A stretch of DNA of 63,146 bases, counting the filler, from Octopus bimaculoides (lineage: Eukaryota): assembly GCF_001194135.2 (NCBI RefSeq). It is 7 parts of 7 records of this genome, joined end to end, with 100 filler letters (N's around TTAATTAATTAA, not from the genome) between each part and the next. Parts side by side here need not be neighbours in the genome. Positions count along the whole stretch, not along the records: positions 11,759 to 36,594 come from NC_068992.1; positions 36,695 to 45,765 come from NC_068999.1; 5 more parts are not named here. One strand, given 5' to 3'. A program made the position numbers and the translations under genes. Every line of letters starts with the position of its first letter. The first letter of the stretch is position 1. The notes beneath the pieces were generated by a model. It was not told the DNA's origin. It saw nothing but the letters and a program-made list of their open reading frames with translations, and did not search any database. Positions 24,531-38,500 of this stretch are shown here, one piece after another.

Positions 24531-27208
24531 TCATATATATATGTATGTGTGTGTGTGCGTATGTGTGTGTGTGCGTATGTGTGTGTGCGTATATCAAACT
24601 GAAGTTTTGAATTTTTACTTATAGTATTTACACATTTTCTAAATACCGAGAAGGGTTCTCACTATATACATGGTTTTATAATTCATGTACGATTCATAAA
24701 ATATCCCTAATAATATTTCTCTATACTAGTTCTCTGAGGTCTGCTGCCGGAAGAGAAATCTTATTCTGCAAAATATAACATGAAGCGCGAATTAAGATAT
24801 ATTATATATGTTCACCTCAAGTGAATGATCAAAATATACTGTGTTTTACTTCGCAAATCCAAAGGCAAATCATACCTACAGCTAAGATAGATATTTAACA
24901 TAAGATATATGTATTTCCTCCATATGTGAATGGGTCACTGTCTGCAATATAATAATGTAATATCGTATTTTACTCTCCCACTTATATGCCACAGGACATA
25001 CCAGCATCTTTTCAATGAAAAAGCTGTTGAGTGCATAATTTCCTTGAGGTTGTTACCTTTATTGATATATTTCGGCATATCTAGGATGTGACACAATTTG
25101 TTTGGTAAATACAATTATATTACCTTATATAATTGTTTTATATATTTGTTCTCATATTCAGCACGTTGTTTAAACGTATAATGTATAAAGTAAATTTTTC
25201 TGAAGCCTCATTATCTCGCCCGCGTGTGTATCCGCTCTCTTATCCAAGAGATAATACATTTCTCAATGTACAATCTAAGGTAGACATAAAACATAGTTAC
25301 TTTCTTTGAAATTTTGGAAAAAGAATCGCTAATTTCTTACAAACCAATACACCATAAAAATAATTCTATGCATATCGATGATTATGGTTATGCCAATATG
25401 CCTACACGTCTACAAATACAAACGTTGAGCTTGAAATGTAAAAAGTATGCTCATAACAAAATCACACACATATGTGTATATTAATTTGCCTACATACACA
25501 TAGGTACACATATACGTTTGCCAAAGAAAGCACACACACAGAAACATACACATTTGTTATCAACAAATGCATCTAAAATTTAAAATGAATATTTTCTCTC
25601 TATTGCGTCACCTTTTGGTATTATAATTTGGTGGTGAAATATATTTCAAGACAGGCAAAAATTACCTTTGTATAGGCTTTGTTGCTCCCAACCTAATGGA
25701 GAAAATGTTGAATAAGAACTATCTCGTTTCAAATGCAACAAAGATTAATGAAGATATTGGTGAGAATGGCACAACAAAGGAGTAAAGGAAACGAATATTT
25801 CTTTTTTATATTTATTAAATTTTCGTAGAGAGACATTACGCCGAGCCATTAACAATTCTATGAATAAGTCACGAAAATTGAGCAGAAAAGAAGGCAATGA
25901 CGGTCATTTTCATAATGGATAAAGACATCTATAGATTATGCGCCTGAAATTTAAATCTTATAATAGGAACGGAATATCAAATGAGATCTAAAGAACGGAA
26001 TGGGCTTGAAGTCGACGTGTAATTTTTGAAAAAAATTATTTAAGAAATCCTATTATTATTTAATGGGTAAAAGCAGAAAAGGTATGTGCACATACAGAAA
26101 ATCATTCAAACTTACGTCGGTACACGCATGCAAGAATGCATTAAAATATGTGTGTATAGATATGTATGCATGCATGCGTGTGTATATATATGTATACATG
26201 TATTATGTGTGTATGTTGTGTGCGTGTACATGAATATGTATATAATACGCTGTGTGTCAACATATATATAAGTATACATTCTTCTAATTTAATGCCAATG
26301 CCAAGAATATTTTAAAGAATATGTAATTATATCTGTGAGCATGTATATATTGTATGTGCATTCCCCTTTATTCACCCCTCCCCACACACACATATATATA
26401 TATATGTATGTATGTATGTATATATAAATATATGAATATACATGTGTGTGTTCATGTATACACAAAAAACATGCGCATATATGTAACCAGGTAGTTATTG
26501 ATCTAACTGCATTTAACTAACTAAATATTTAGTTGTGTCTAGATGTATGCATATATGCAGGTATACATATATATATATAATACGTGTGTGTGTGTGTGTG
26601 CGTGCGTGTAGTGTGCGTGTGTGTAGTGTGTACAGAGATAGATGGATAGATTGAGAGAGAGATGACAGTAAATTATTTACCCAGGAGTGTATATGTAAAT
26701 CGTTTTTAAGGTATCTATGAGCTTGTTATTCATGAATGATTGTTCAAAGAAACTGAAATAAATCTCAGATGCTTCACTCTACACGATACACTTAGGCGGC
26801 ATTCGAGGCCTCATTTAATTATTATTTTCCCTATTCCATTGCATATGACATTTGAGCACTCTATACTTCACTTGAAATCAGTGCCATAATTTTGAGAGAT
26901 TTAAGAAATAATTGTTTACACCTGACTACAGTAAAATTCGCTGATAATAAAATAATATGCTCGTGAACCCCACTGAAGACAGTAGGCATATATTGCATAT
27001 CTTTCAATGTTTACATGACATGATTAGAAACATTTCTTGGACATTACAAGTTAAATGTAGAAAATAGTATGCAGTGTTGGTGTATCTTATTGCACCGATA
27101 TTTTCTGCGGATACCGTAAGTTTTCCTTTCTCAAAGTCATCAGTTTGTTCCACTTATATTTAAGTGTGTGTGCATTTCTCTCTCCCTCTCTGTCTCTCTT
27201 TCTCTCTT

Positions 27209-27262
<54 letters not shown>

Positions 27263-27669
27263 CATATATGTATTACACTTAATTATTATCGTAGTTTTTA
27301 TTCCTTAGTTATCCGTCGACGTCATCAATAATTGTATATGAAAATAATCATTTTCTAAGTCAGTCTTTTTTGGTGGGGTGGTGGATCGGGGATTATTTTT
27401 CTATGTAGATTTCAAATTGTCAAAAAATATACAATTGGTATGGTACTTTTTATCTTTCATTTTTATATAGTAAATTAGTTATTCAATGACGTCGCTGTTA
27501 ATTGATTAAATAAATGTTTTCAGTTGAATTTGATTTAGGTGTTCCTTTTTGTCAGCGTTTATTAACATTTGAATTTTTTTCTTTCAGATGTTCATTTGGA
27601 ACTTAACCAATTGGGATTACCTTCATAATGCTGTGTTGATATATATTTTTTAAGATATTATTAATTTTA

Positions 27670-27886
27670 AAGACTGCGAGCTGGCAGACTTTAGCAATCC
27701 AGGCGAAATGCTTAGCGGTAGTACGTCGGTCTTTATGATCCGAGTTCAAATTCCACCGTGGTCGATTTATTGCCTTCCATTCTTTCGGGGTCAATAAATT
27801 AAGTACCAGTTGCGTATTGGGGTCGATCTAATCGACTGGCTCCCTCCCCCCAAATTGTGCGCTTTGTGTCTATCATTGTTATTATT
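27670..27886 (+). mobile_element. SINE family B copy, sense orientation
   Basis: A-box-like GAGCTGGCAGA, B box GAGTTCAAATTCC, body ttccattctttcggggtcaataaattaagtaccagttg, (TTA)n tail. Confidence 0.9.
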
Positions 27887-28029
27887 TTTAATAATATTGC
27901 TTATATGTGTGTGTATGACCGCAGCCACTTGGCTGAAACACATAAATAAATAAATAAATATATATATATTCATATATATACCTATATCTATATACAAATG
28001 TATGTATGAGTGCATACACATATATATAT

Positions 28030-28065
<36 letters not shown>

Positions 28066-28453
28066 ATGTGTGTTTGTGTGTGTTAATGCAATTTAAACCA
28101 TTGTTGGACTTCTAGGGTTTGATCTAAAGTAAAGATACGATTTTCTTCGTGCATATTATTTAAAGTGCTAAGGTTTCGGAAGTGGGCGTTACCCGCAGTG
28201 TCCAAACATTGTTTCAGTGTATATCTCAAGTAGTGTGTCTGCAGAACGCGTTCACCACTTACGGCTTCTCTGCGTCATCTGCGATACTTTGCATTCATCG
28301 TTAGAGTTAGGTTCAGCAATTCCAGGGTGCATATAGGATATATTTTAAAGATAATAGATAAAATGGTAACGAAAAGGAAATATTAGTACATTTGCTTCGG
28401 CTTCTGGTTTCACTGCTCCCTAGAAGTCGTGGAACGATGTAATAATATCAGAG

Positions 28454-28536
28454 GCAACGCACAATGCAAGAGAGCCTCTTCAGGTAGTGTAAGCATATTA
28501 TGCCACCTGAAGAGGCTCTTTTACACTGTGGGTTAC
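28454..28536 (-). ncRNA. Candidate pri-miRNA hairpin (predicted pre-miRNA 28465-28523, minus strand)
   Basis: 39-position fold-back with 31 Watson-Crick pairs, including a perfect 15-bp core (28471-85/28505-19). Matches no miRNA I recognise; no expression evidence. Confidence 0.45.
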
Positions 28537-28583
28537 AGAAATATATGTTATAACACACACACACACACACATACACACACACA

Positions 28584-28615
<32 letters not shown>

Positions 28616-30545
28616 TATATGTATATATATATATGAAGAGAGATTGATACAGTAAGAGACAAAGATACAAATAGTGTTTGCTGCTGCCGCATGGAGGGAA
28701 TTTTCGACAACTGATTAACATCTATAACGAAGGTGATCGCACCTTGTGCCAAAGACACCTGTTGTTTTGTAAGTGGTAAGGTTTTCTATCGAATCTACAG
28801 AGCCCTGTAATCTTCCATATAGCTGATCTCCATTAGTGCAGTTATGGCATATTTCCTCCTCTCACACCAGCCCTAGAATCGTCTCCGTTTAAAGTATTTC
28901 GCTTATTTAAAAATATGCCACTGCTGATGAGGAACCGCTATAGTAATTCTTTCACAGACTTGTGCAGAAGAAGGCTTATGGAGACCATTCTCACACAGTT
29001 CTTTCAGCCTAAATTAATAAACCGTTTTTTCTCTTCTTTTCTAAATTTCATACTCTCTTTTCCTCTATTTATATGTATCAATTTTTTGCAATACATATGT
29101 CGTCATAAATAGCTTCGACATGGTGCCAAATTTGTTACTAAAAGTGTGTGTATCTTACATCCTATGCTAATGCGGGTTGGCAGTTAAGTTAATGCTTGCG
29201 GAAATAAACAATTTTTTTCATAAAATACAAAAAAGTATCTGGGAGACTAACCAGTAACCGTTCAAATACCATCCTTGTGATGACTGTTAACGTGTACATA
29301 TCTGATCACATATGCGATCACAGTTATCAGATATAAAACCAGAGTTTTATTTGTAGATATATGTTATGGTTTGTCAGAAGAGCTACAAGATTAAATGGAT
29401 TATACTGGCTGTAAACTATCCAGAAATAGTTTTTTTCTATTCCCGTATCGTTTTCATGAGGAATTGCGTATGTTCCCAAGAGAAATTTCAGAGAAAACCT
29501 ATAAACGTATTCAAACATATGGATATACTTCGGTTATATGTGCTTCTTTTTTAGTTTCAAGCTGCAATTTATGTAAGTGAAATGGTGGAAAATATCTCGT
29601 ATATCGTACATAATGAGTGCATTATATAATTAAGGTTATCATAGTGATCTAATATAGCATAGAATTTATAGATGTATTAAATGCATTTGATAACAATAAA
29701 AAGTAAACTAGAATGCTACTGATAAAACAGAAGCATAATAATATTAATAGTGATATTGATTATAAAAATAATAATAAGAAGGATATCAGTAATAATAAAA
29801 ACAATGACAACTATAATATTAAAGATAATATTTATGGAAATAATCAAAATATTACATGACTCATATTTAAAAAATATAAAACATAAGATAAGTTTTAGTA
29901 CCAGCTTAAATTTATAATCGGTTTACTGCGTTATACTATCCTTATAAACTAAGAAATTATTATCAATAATTTAAAGGAAATGATTACCTTTATAAGTTTG
30001 TAGTCTTAGATTTGACTCTCAAATCCTAAATTATTTTATACTGCATCGTATATATAGGTATAATTTCATAACAATAAAATTACATTACAAAGAGTCTTCT
30101 GCAACAGTCTTTAATATAATCAGTGAAATTACATATATTACGAGCTATTACATCTAATTATGCGACGTTTGGAAGAACATTCTCTCTTCTTAATTTCAGA
30201 AAAGATCATGTCCACGTGATCATGAGATATACGGCGACTAATTGTGATTTTGAAACCCTGACGGCTAAGGTGTACAATCGGCGCAATGCACGCGATAAAT
30301 CAGATGAGTAGCCCCCAGGAAATCCATTGAGTAAGAAGTATTGTGTTCTATGTATACATATATACATGTGTTTGAGCTTGTGTGCATATACATATATGTA
30401 ATATGTATATGTATATGCATGTATATATATATATGTAATATGTATATGTATATGCATGTATATATATGTATGTAAATATGTATGTATATATATGAGTATA
30501 TACATATATATATATATATGCATACATTTAAAGATAGATAGATGG

Positions 30546-30592
<47 letters not shown>

Positions 30593-30600
30593 AATGTTTG

Positions 30601-31370
30601 AGACAAGAATATGACTACTGGGAGGATCAATGAGTTATCATCGACACCATCGGTCACTAACGCGCGGTGGAGACGGCAGCGACAAATGAAGTTGGAGGAG
30701 GTGTGGGTAGTCTTCAACCCCTCCAGGGGGTATGCCACCGTTGGCAGTCATTTCCACTCAAAAATCAACCGTTCACATGTCCATGTCCGCGNNNNNNNNN
30801 NCTTCAACCCCTCCAGGGGGTATGCCACCGTTGGCAGTCATTTCCACTCAAAAATCAACCGTTCACATGTCCATGTCCGCGTCGTCGTCGTCGTCGTCGT
30901 AAGCGGCGAGGACGAAGAAGGACAAAGTAGGAATAGAAGTGGTCCAGACCCCGGCAAACGCGCATGGATTATCCGGTGACGGCTAGTTGTACATGTCCGC
31001 CGCCGTCCCGTGGTGGACTGGAGTAATTGAAAGTTCGTCGAGTAAAATGGTATTTAATTCGACGTCTGCGCATCGGGCCGCTGTGGTGGCTATTGCGGGT
31101 CGAGCTAGAGAGCTCGATTCGGCAGCGATGCGTCGGGAGGGGCATGTACCTTGCCGGACGCACTTTCGCAGGAAGAGCCTACCGACCGACCGAGTGAGCC
31201 GACTTCGGTCCCGCGCTCTATTACTGCCTCTGCGATTGATTTCAGCAGGAATGTGGTCAACGTGCGTGCAAACGGTGATGACAACGCGCCCGCGTTTTGT
31301 GTGTGTGTGTTTGTGTGTGTAGTGTGCGTGCGTGCGTTCGTGCGTGCGTGTGAACATGAAAGTAAATAAA
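30601..31370. promoter_or_regulatory. CpG/GC-rich unique island, possible promoter or 5' exon
   Basis: Sharp rise in GC and CpG against the AT-rich background, no match to any repeat elsewhere in the window, internal (GTC)n and (CGAC)n tracts. No recognisable ORF. Confidence 0.35.
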
Positions 31371-34300
31371 AGTGTTTAAGTAACAACAGATAAGAAAAGA
31401 TAATTAACTGGAGAATGAACTCAATCTCATTTGTAGTTAAAAGTGAACAACATATGAAAGATACAAATATAGATCTTCCAAACATAGCATATAATTACTA
31501 TAGCATAATACTGATATTATATAAATGCATAGTGCCCATGCAATAGTAATCGTTTTCATTTGTCAGTGCTAATGAAGTTTGAAGATTTTTTTCTAATTAT
31601 GTCAATACATTTTTAACGCTCTCATTTAATGTGTTCATTGCACAATAGCGATTGCTGATATGGGAAATCTCATTCATTTATATCAGGCTTACCTCATTGA
31701 AGAGCAACGTAAACAGCAAGAAATAGTAACAATCCTTTTTTAAGTGAAATCTTAAAATTAAGAGGAAATGCAATACATTGTAGAGAATGGTCTCTGATAT
31801 ATAGTTCAAATGATGTACTTAGAAATCTAGCATATTTTACAATATATATCCATCTACTTGTCAACACCTGCAAAATAGGCACACGTAAGAAACAATAATA
31901 CTTATTAAAGAATTCAAAGAACTTATACCATTTTAAAGATATTCCTTTAATATCTGCGATAATTCTTTTATATAGGAACTTATCTAGTTTTGTACAAAAC
32001 TTAAACGAATCACAATACTTTCTCATGTCTTTCATACCTAATTTCCTGTATTTCCTAATGTTTGCTTTATTGATATTTCTATATAGTTTGATTCTAATAT
32101 TCTAAATTAAATATATTTGCATAATTGTTTAATCCTTTGAGAACTACATATAGTAGCAGCTATTGTGAAAAAATATATATCTATCTAAATGTTTGAATGT
32201 GTAATATTTGCATTTATGTTGTGCATCACTAACTACTTCAGATCAACAACGTGCCGTGACAGATCGGATTAAACGAAGCTAATTTTAATCTTGTGGAATA
32301 TGTTACACTATACATCATATGTTAATTACTAAATGTATCTCTATTGAAAAAAAATGTGATATATTGAATGAAGGCACATGCAATGAAGAGCACAACAATT
32401 TACCATATATCAATGTATATGTTTTGCTACATACTGATGAAATTCATGATTTCTCTTGTATTCGTAAAATCATCCGTAATTTAAGTAATTTAAACAACTG
32501 CAAACAAAAAGCACTGCACGTTTACTATATGCGGATATAAATGTCCTGCAGGTGAGATAGTAATGTCCCGTAATCATCGAAACCACTGGCATCAACACCT
32601 AAGAAATGTAATACCATAAACTAGCTTCTGCCTCGTTAGTCAGTTACAGTCACGTTGAGATAGTGGTAATCTATCGACAGCAGTTCGTGAACACACTCCC
32701 CGTCTCAAAGTAGACAGGAAGTTAATGCTACTTAATTGTCAACATGTGTGGAACACAGAATTGTAGTGATTGTGAGCAATAAGCTTTGTAGGGCACTTCC
32801 AATTTCACAATATCTGCCATACTCTGAACATTGTCCTGTTTCTCCTAAAAAGTGATTTTGTGTGTGTGTGTGTGGTGTCTACAAACGAAAGAAAATATCA
32901 ATACATGCTGTAGATTTTCTATTTGTTAAGAAGAATCAATCTAAAATGTACTCCATTGCTGTTCACATTTTTTGCACAAATTTTAGACTTACAAAGCAAT
33001 ATTTTGTAAATATAGAAATCTGTTTGTGTGCCAAACAGCAGCGAGTCCAAATGTGAAAATATCTGACGTGATCTAATGTGTGTCAGATAACGATGATAAT
33101 ATTATCTTTCGACATATTGCATTTTATCGAAATTCCTTCCGGCCCATAGTCGGTAGTTTCCAGATGTGATAATTATGTGGATTAGGATAATAATGTGGAT
33201 TGCTCGCCGCCCTTTTGTCTCAAGTATGTGATATTAAAAACGAAAAATTGAATAAAGAAGCCGAAAATTTCTATAGCTATTTTGATACCAAGCTGAAGGC
33301 GTTATGATATATGTTCTATATCCAAAGACACCCTAATCGTCAGGCATGGCATTTCTGTTCTTACTACACATTTACTGAATCAGCTGTTTTCTGGGAGTAT
33401 TGTTTACTGTAGAGTTTGATCTAGAAGTAGAAGAACACATGACTTCTTATTTGAGTTAGACGTTACTGCGGTTCGTGAGTTTTTCTCGTGTTTTGGTCGG
33501 AAATTTCTTAATATACGAATTTCTTTTCGACAATAGTTGTTATTCAACGGTTGATTAAATCAGGTAAACTGACGTATGGTGTATGAATGATGAAAAACCC
33601 AAAACAGTTATATAGATACATACAAACACACGCACACACATACATATACATGCACACACACACGCACACACACATGTCTATGCGGTATGCGCATGTAAAA
33701 GGAATGTGGTATACGCATGTGTGAGTTGCGTATATATGTGTGTATCTATCTCACACTAGGCGCATATTACAGGTGCATATATTAAAAAATTAATTAATCA
33801 ATAATTCATTATCAAAAGCTCATAGAGCTATAATAGTTTGTATTCATTTCAAACTACTTTTAGGGAATGAAAATTGACTATACATATCTATTATTCAACA
33901 AATATTTCTATGCGAAAATTCGAAGTTATTTCAGAAGTTGCTTAGAGTTATATAGTTATATTAGGAGATATCAGAGAATCTATATAAGCTTAAGAGACAA
34001 AAGTAAAAAACAAAAAAAAAAAACGTGCAATTTGAATGGAAACATAAAGGAAAACGAATAAACAGTAACTCTGTAACGTAAACGTTTCTGCATGCATCGG
34101 TCTTATATAAGTAACTAAAATTAGCAATTGAATTAAGAATTTTGATAGGAAGTAGGGATGAGATTTATTGAAAAATCGACAGAGATAATTGTAGAATGAA
34201 TGAGAACAGGGAAAGAATTGTCTCAGAGAGTGCAAATCGAAGGAGATACAAACAGAAAATGAGACTGAAAGGAGATGCATTTTTATGAAAGAATAATAGA

Positions 34301-34939
34301 TATGTACACATGACGTCAGTGTCAGATGAGTGTTTGTCAAAATGAAGGGAACTCTAGGTCTTTGAAAAAAAAAAGACATGGAGATTCAGAAAGAAAACAA
34401 ACATTTCGTGTTAAACATACAAAACCAATGTAAAACGAAAAACGAATGTTTATCGAAATTTTAAATAGTAAAAGAAATAAAAAAAAAAACAGAGAAAAAA
34501 AGAGCAGATGAATAGTGATAATAGCAAAGGAACAACCAAATGTGGAAAAAATTCATAAAATGGGACAATATTATATCTCAGAGAAACAGAACGGTGATTA
34601 CAGAAAAACAATGAAATGGTAAATGCTGATGGGTGAACAAGAAGGGATCTAGGCGATAGCCAAAAGGAAAATAAGATGACTGAGACTACGAGAATACGAA
34701 TATTGTAAAAAGGTCGAACCCACAGGTGCGTGAATATTTTACGGATATATAAGCCACTTTCCCGATATGATTAAGATGACAGTAGCTAAATTAGAAGGGC
34801 TGCCAAAAAAAAAAAATATATATAATTCCCTGCTCTTCAACTTGTTTTTTTATTTCTTAGATGGCTAGAGTAAATGAAATTTGCATTATAAATGGAGAAA
34901 AATCTGATAAAATAAAAGAGAAATAGGTAAAAAAAAAAG

Positions 34940-34991
<52 letters not shown>

Positions 34992-36211
34992 TAGGGGTAA
35001 GAGAGAAAAGGTGAGTACAGCTGTGAACATATCAGAGTGGGATGACAGTGAAAAGATTTCTTTTATGTAGGGGCATATATGAAGTACACAATATGGAATA
35101 ATAGAAAGATGTGGTGATCGATATAAATGTTGAGAGACAATGCTGTAAAGCTGTAAATCTTAGGGACAATATCCCATTCAAAATAGTTGTGAAGGCAGAA
35201 AAGAGGCAGACGAAAATTTTAACGGAGTGCAACACAATAAAGTATAAGTAGGAAAAATGGAGAGGATCGGAGAGGGGAACTGAAGTTCTTAGCGAGAGAA
35301 AATCCATTGATATCACGCTATCTATTCATCTGTTTTTTCTTTGGTCCATTTGCAAATGAGATGCTGACGAAGATAACCACTTCCTGAGAGATGCAGAAAT
35401 GTTTTCTTTTTTCTGAGATGGTGAGTTTTACGTTTTATTTTCATTGCAAGATTTTTCCTGTTCATGTTTATTTGTAATTATATTATTTTAAATTTACTTA
35501 TTTCTTTTTTTAAGTTTTAACATTTTTGTTCATGTATAATACTGACATGGTTTGTGCATTAATATCTTTTAATTTTCATATCTCCCTAGACAGAAAATAT
35601 ATCGAAGATTGCCGTCTGACTATGTGTTACAAGAAAACTGCTGGAGTTTTTATTTGTTGTTTTTGTAGCTGTTGCTACTATTCTTGATGTTGCTGTTGTT
35701 GTTCTGTTTACTATTCTTATTATTACCGGTTCTAGCTACTTTTATTCTGATCTTTCCCACAAAACTATTCAAGTGAAATCAAATGTTGAAAAAAAATCAA
35801 TTAATTTAATGTGATTTCATTTGTTTTTGGCTTTTTGCATTGTTTTTATGTGTATTTATTTCTAGCGAATACATTGTGTAATTTTTGACTAAATAATTAC
35901 TTTTTCCATTTTTTCTTTCTGTCTTTTTTTTCTCGGGAAATATCTAACCAATAACAAGTAAAATCGTGTCCGAATTATTCACATTTCCTTTCATTTCTTA
36001 TTCGAATATGATAGATAATATAATAGAACAGTGCATGATAAAGAAGACATACTATATTTCATTATGAAACAGGCATGATACTCACCTAAGAGGACTTAGT
36101 CATTTTATACACTAGGATCTTTAAATGGGTGCCAGTAATACATTGTAATTTTGCTAATGGACTCAAAGATCGGTGTGTAACATTGCCTTATGCAGAAAGA
36201 GTAAATTTGTG

Positions 36212-36247
<36 letters not shown>

Positions 36248-36594
36248 CTTCTCACGGACGTGCTGTCACATCGGCTGCGAAGGTAAACGTTTATTTGACC
36301 TTTTACTGTCCACATTTTGTTGGAATTTTTAAATAATTTTGTTGCGAAGCACCTAGGCTTCATTTGTGTGTATTTTCAAGGGCAGGAATTGACCCCCAGG
36401 GGCAGTTTCGGCCCTAGCAAAATACAAAAATTTCCTTCTTGACATTTGAAAAATGTCGAGAAACATAATTTTGGAACGCTTGTCTTGTTCTTTTGACAAG
36501 CATTTCCCGAGGCTTCAGATGCCAGAAGAGAAAAAAGAACAGAATAGCGCGTGCTCATGCAGTGACACGAACGCAGTTGCTATAAACGTCACAA

Positions 36595-36694
36595 NNNNNN
36601 NNNNNNNNNNNNNNNNNNNNNNNNNNNNNNNNNNNNNNTTAATTAATTAANNNNNNNNNNNNNNNNNNNNNNNNNNNNNNNNNNNNNNNNNNNN
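36595..36694. other. Assembly linker
   Basis: 44 N + TTAATTAATTAA + 44 N. Confidence 0.95.
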
Positions 36695-36740
<46 letters not shown>

Positions 36741-37228
36741 GCATCTGTGTATGAATGTAAAATGTATACAAATTTCAGGAAATAATTCTCCGTATATGCG
36801 GTAGTATTTCTTTATAACAAATTACAATGATCGGAACTGTATGTAATATTTCATACATATTGAATGTGAATAAATGCATCTATATTATATTATACACACA
36901 CATCTTTTTGGAAGAAGTGTATGTGCGTGAGAGTGGACGTATACGTTATACACTCACAAAGACACACACACTCATATTTGTAGGTATACATAGACGCACC
37001 CGTGTGTGTATATGTATATATTATACTTATTTATATAGCGTATTGTTTATACGAAGCAAACATATGAATTAAAAAAATAGTATTGAATTTCAGCATGAAT
37101 ACGTTACCAAGCGCTATATCTACTTTTAGTTCGGTACGTGCTTGTTGATTCACACACACACACATACACGCATTCATATATCTTTATATATATATATACA
37201 TGTGTGTATATATACCTCTCTCTCTCTC

Positions 37229-37273
<45 letters not shown>

Positions 37274-38352
37274 CTCTGTATATATACTTTTATTTTTATT
37301 TTTACTACTTACATTTTTTAAATACTAACGCAAAAGCATGAAGAAATAAACGAATTCGTTTATTCTTTTCAACATCCATACACACACACAGAGAGGCACA
37401 AATTAGTAAAATCTATAGACATACACATTTATAAAGGATATATTGATTTGTTTTTCTTCAGTTCAGTCCGTAATAAAATCTCAACCTAACAACATATAAT
37501 CTTTTTATGTCTATTAGCCCTGATGAAAGTTTACTGGAATAATATTCTAAATGAAAATTTCTTTTTATTTATTTATTAATTTGTAATTAGTATTGAGTTA
37601 AATTGAAACATTTGTAGGCGTTTTAATTAACTATATGTCAGATTAATAAATTAAATTATATCTATGTACTCTCAATTTTCTTCTTCTTTATCATATTCTA
37701 CATTTTTAATATACTCATTTAATTGTTTGATCGTTCCTGTAATGATGTTAATTACCCACCAAAGCGTTAGAATTGATAGTTCCTGCTGCTGGTTTTCATA
37801 TCCAGTTCTAAATATTGTCGATTGTTGCTACGAAAAAAATATTTCAAGATATATGTGAAAAAAATAAAGATGTTTTTTGTCAAAAACTGTGGTGTAAAAT
37901 CGCTTTTCTCAGTCAACATCAATATCATATTGAGCGGTTCTATCAGCTCTCTGCTTTCAAAGATTTAATTCTAAGTCACCCCTCTGTTCAATAATTTTCA
38001 GAGGATTTATATAAAGTTTAGACAAACATTTTCTCGTCTAACTAAAATAGAAAGACTCCGTGTAAGAACGAGAATAACATAGAATATCGTTAAAAGGGGA
38101 TATATTTGGATTTGAAAATATACTTTTTATGTTACCTCAATGGCTGTACACACAATATTTTAAAACTGAATTTATAGACACGAAACTCAATTTCGACAAT
38201 AACATAAATACTGCCATAATTTTTAAAGTATGCGTTTAATCATATTGCAACTTATATAATTTTGAGGAAGTTGTTGTAGGGATCCACTAGAGGTAAGAAC
38301 GATACGTAAGCCACGTCAATGTCAACTATGTGTCACAGCTTTTAGCACACAG

Positions 38353-38386
<34 letters not shown>

Positions 38387-38412
38387 TTGTTTATACATAT
38401 CGATAGATAAAC

Positions 38413-38414
<2 letters not shown>

Positions 38415-38499
<85 letters not shown>
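38415..38499. repeat. (GATA)n microsatellite
   Basis: Direct reading. Confidence 0.95.

Positions 38500-38500
<1 letters not shown>

Noticed and set aside
27100-27150. Minus-strand CTGATGA-CTTT-gag-AAAG-GAAAAC...GTA hammerhead-like string
   Set aside because: Helix I does not pair next to the core, helix II starts with C-G, and there is no repeat context; likely chance.
30712-30881. Perfect 80-nt tandem duplication in the GC island, inflating ORFs 30611-30979 and 30667-30930
   Set aside because: The two identical copies flank a 10-N gap, so this is a contig-overlap artefact.
31151-31300. NVVNVRANGDDNAPAF resembling a cadherin DxNDNxPxF motif (octopus protocadherins are expanded)
   Set aside because: The motif is imperfect, the frame has a stop about 45 nt upstream, no other cadherin-repeat residues are present, and it runs straight into (TG)n.
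32525-32598. Minus-strand exon-like segment (G)VDASGFDDYGTLLSHLQDIYIRI after a good acceptor
   Set aside because: The donor is weak, a second frame is equally open, and no homology is recognised.
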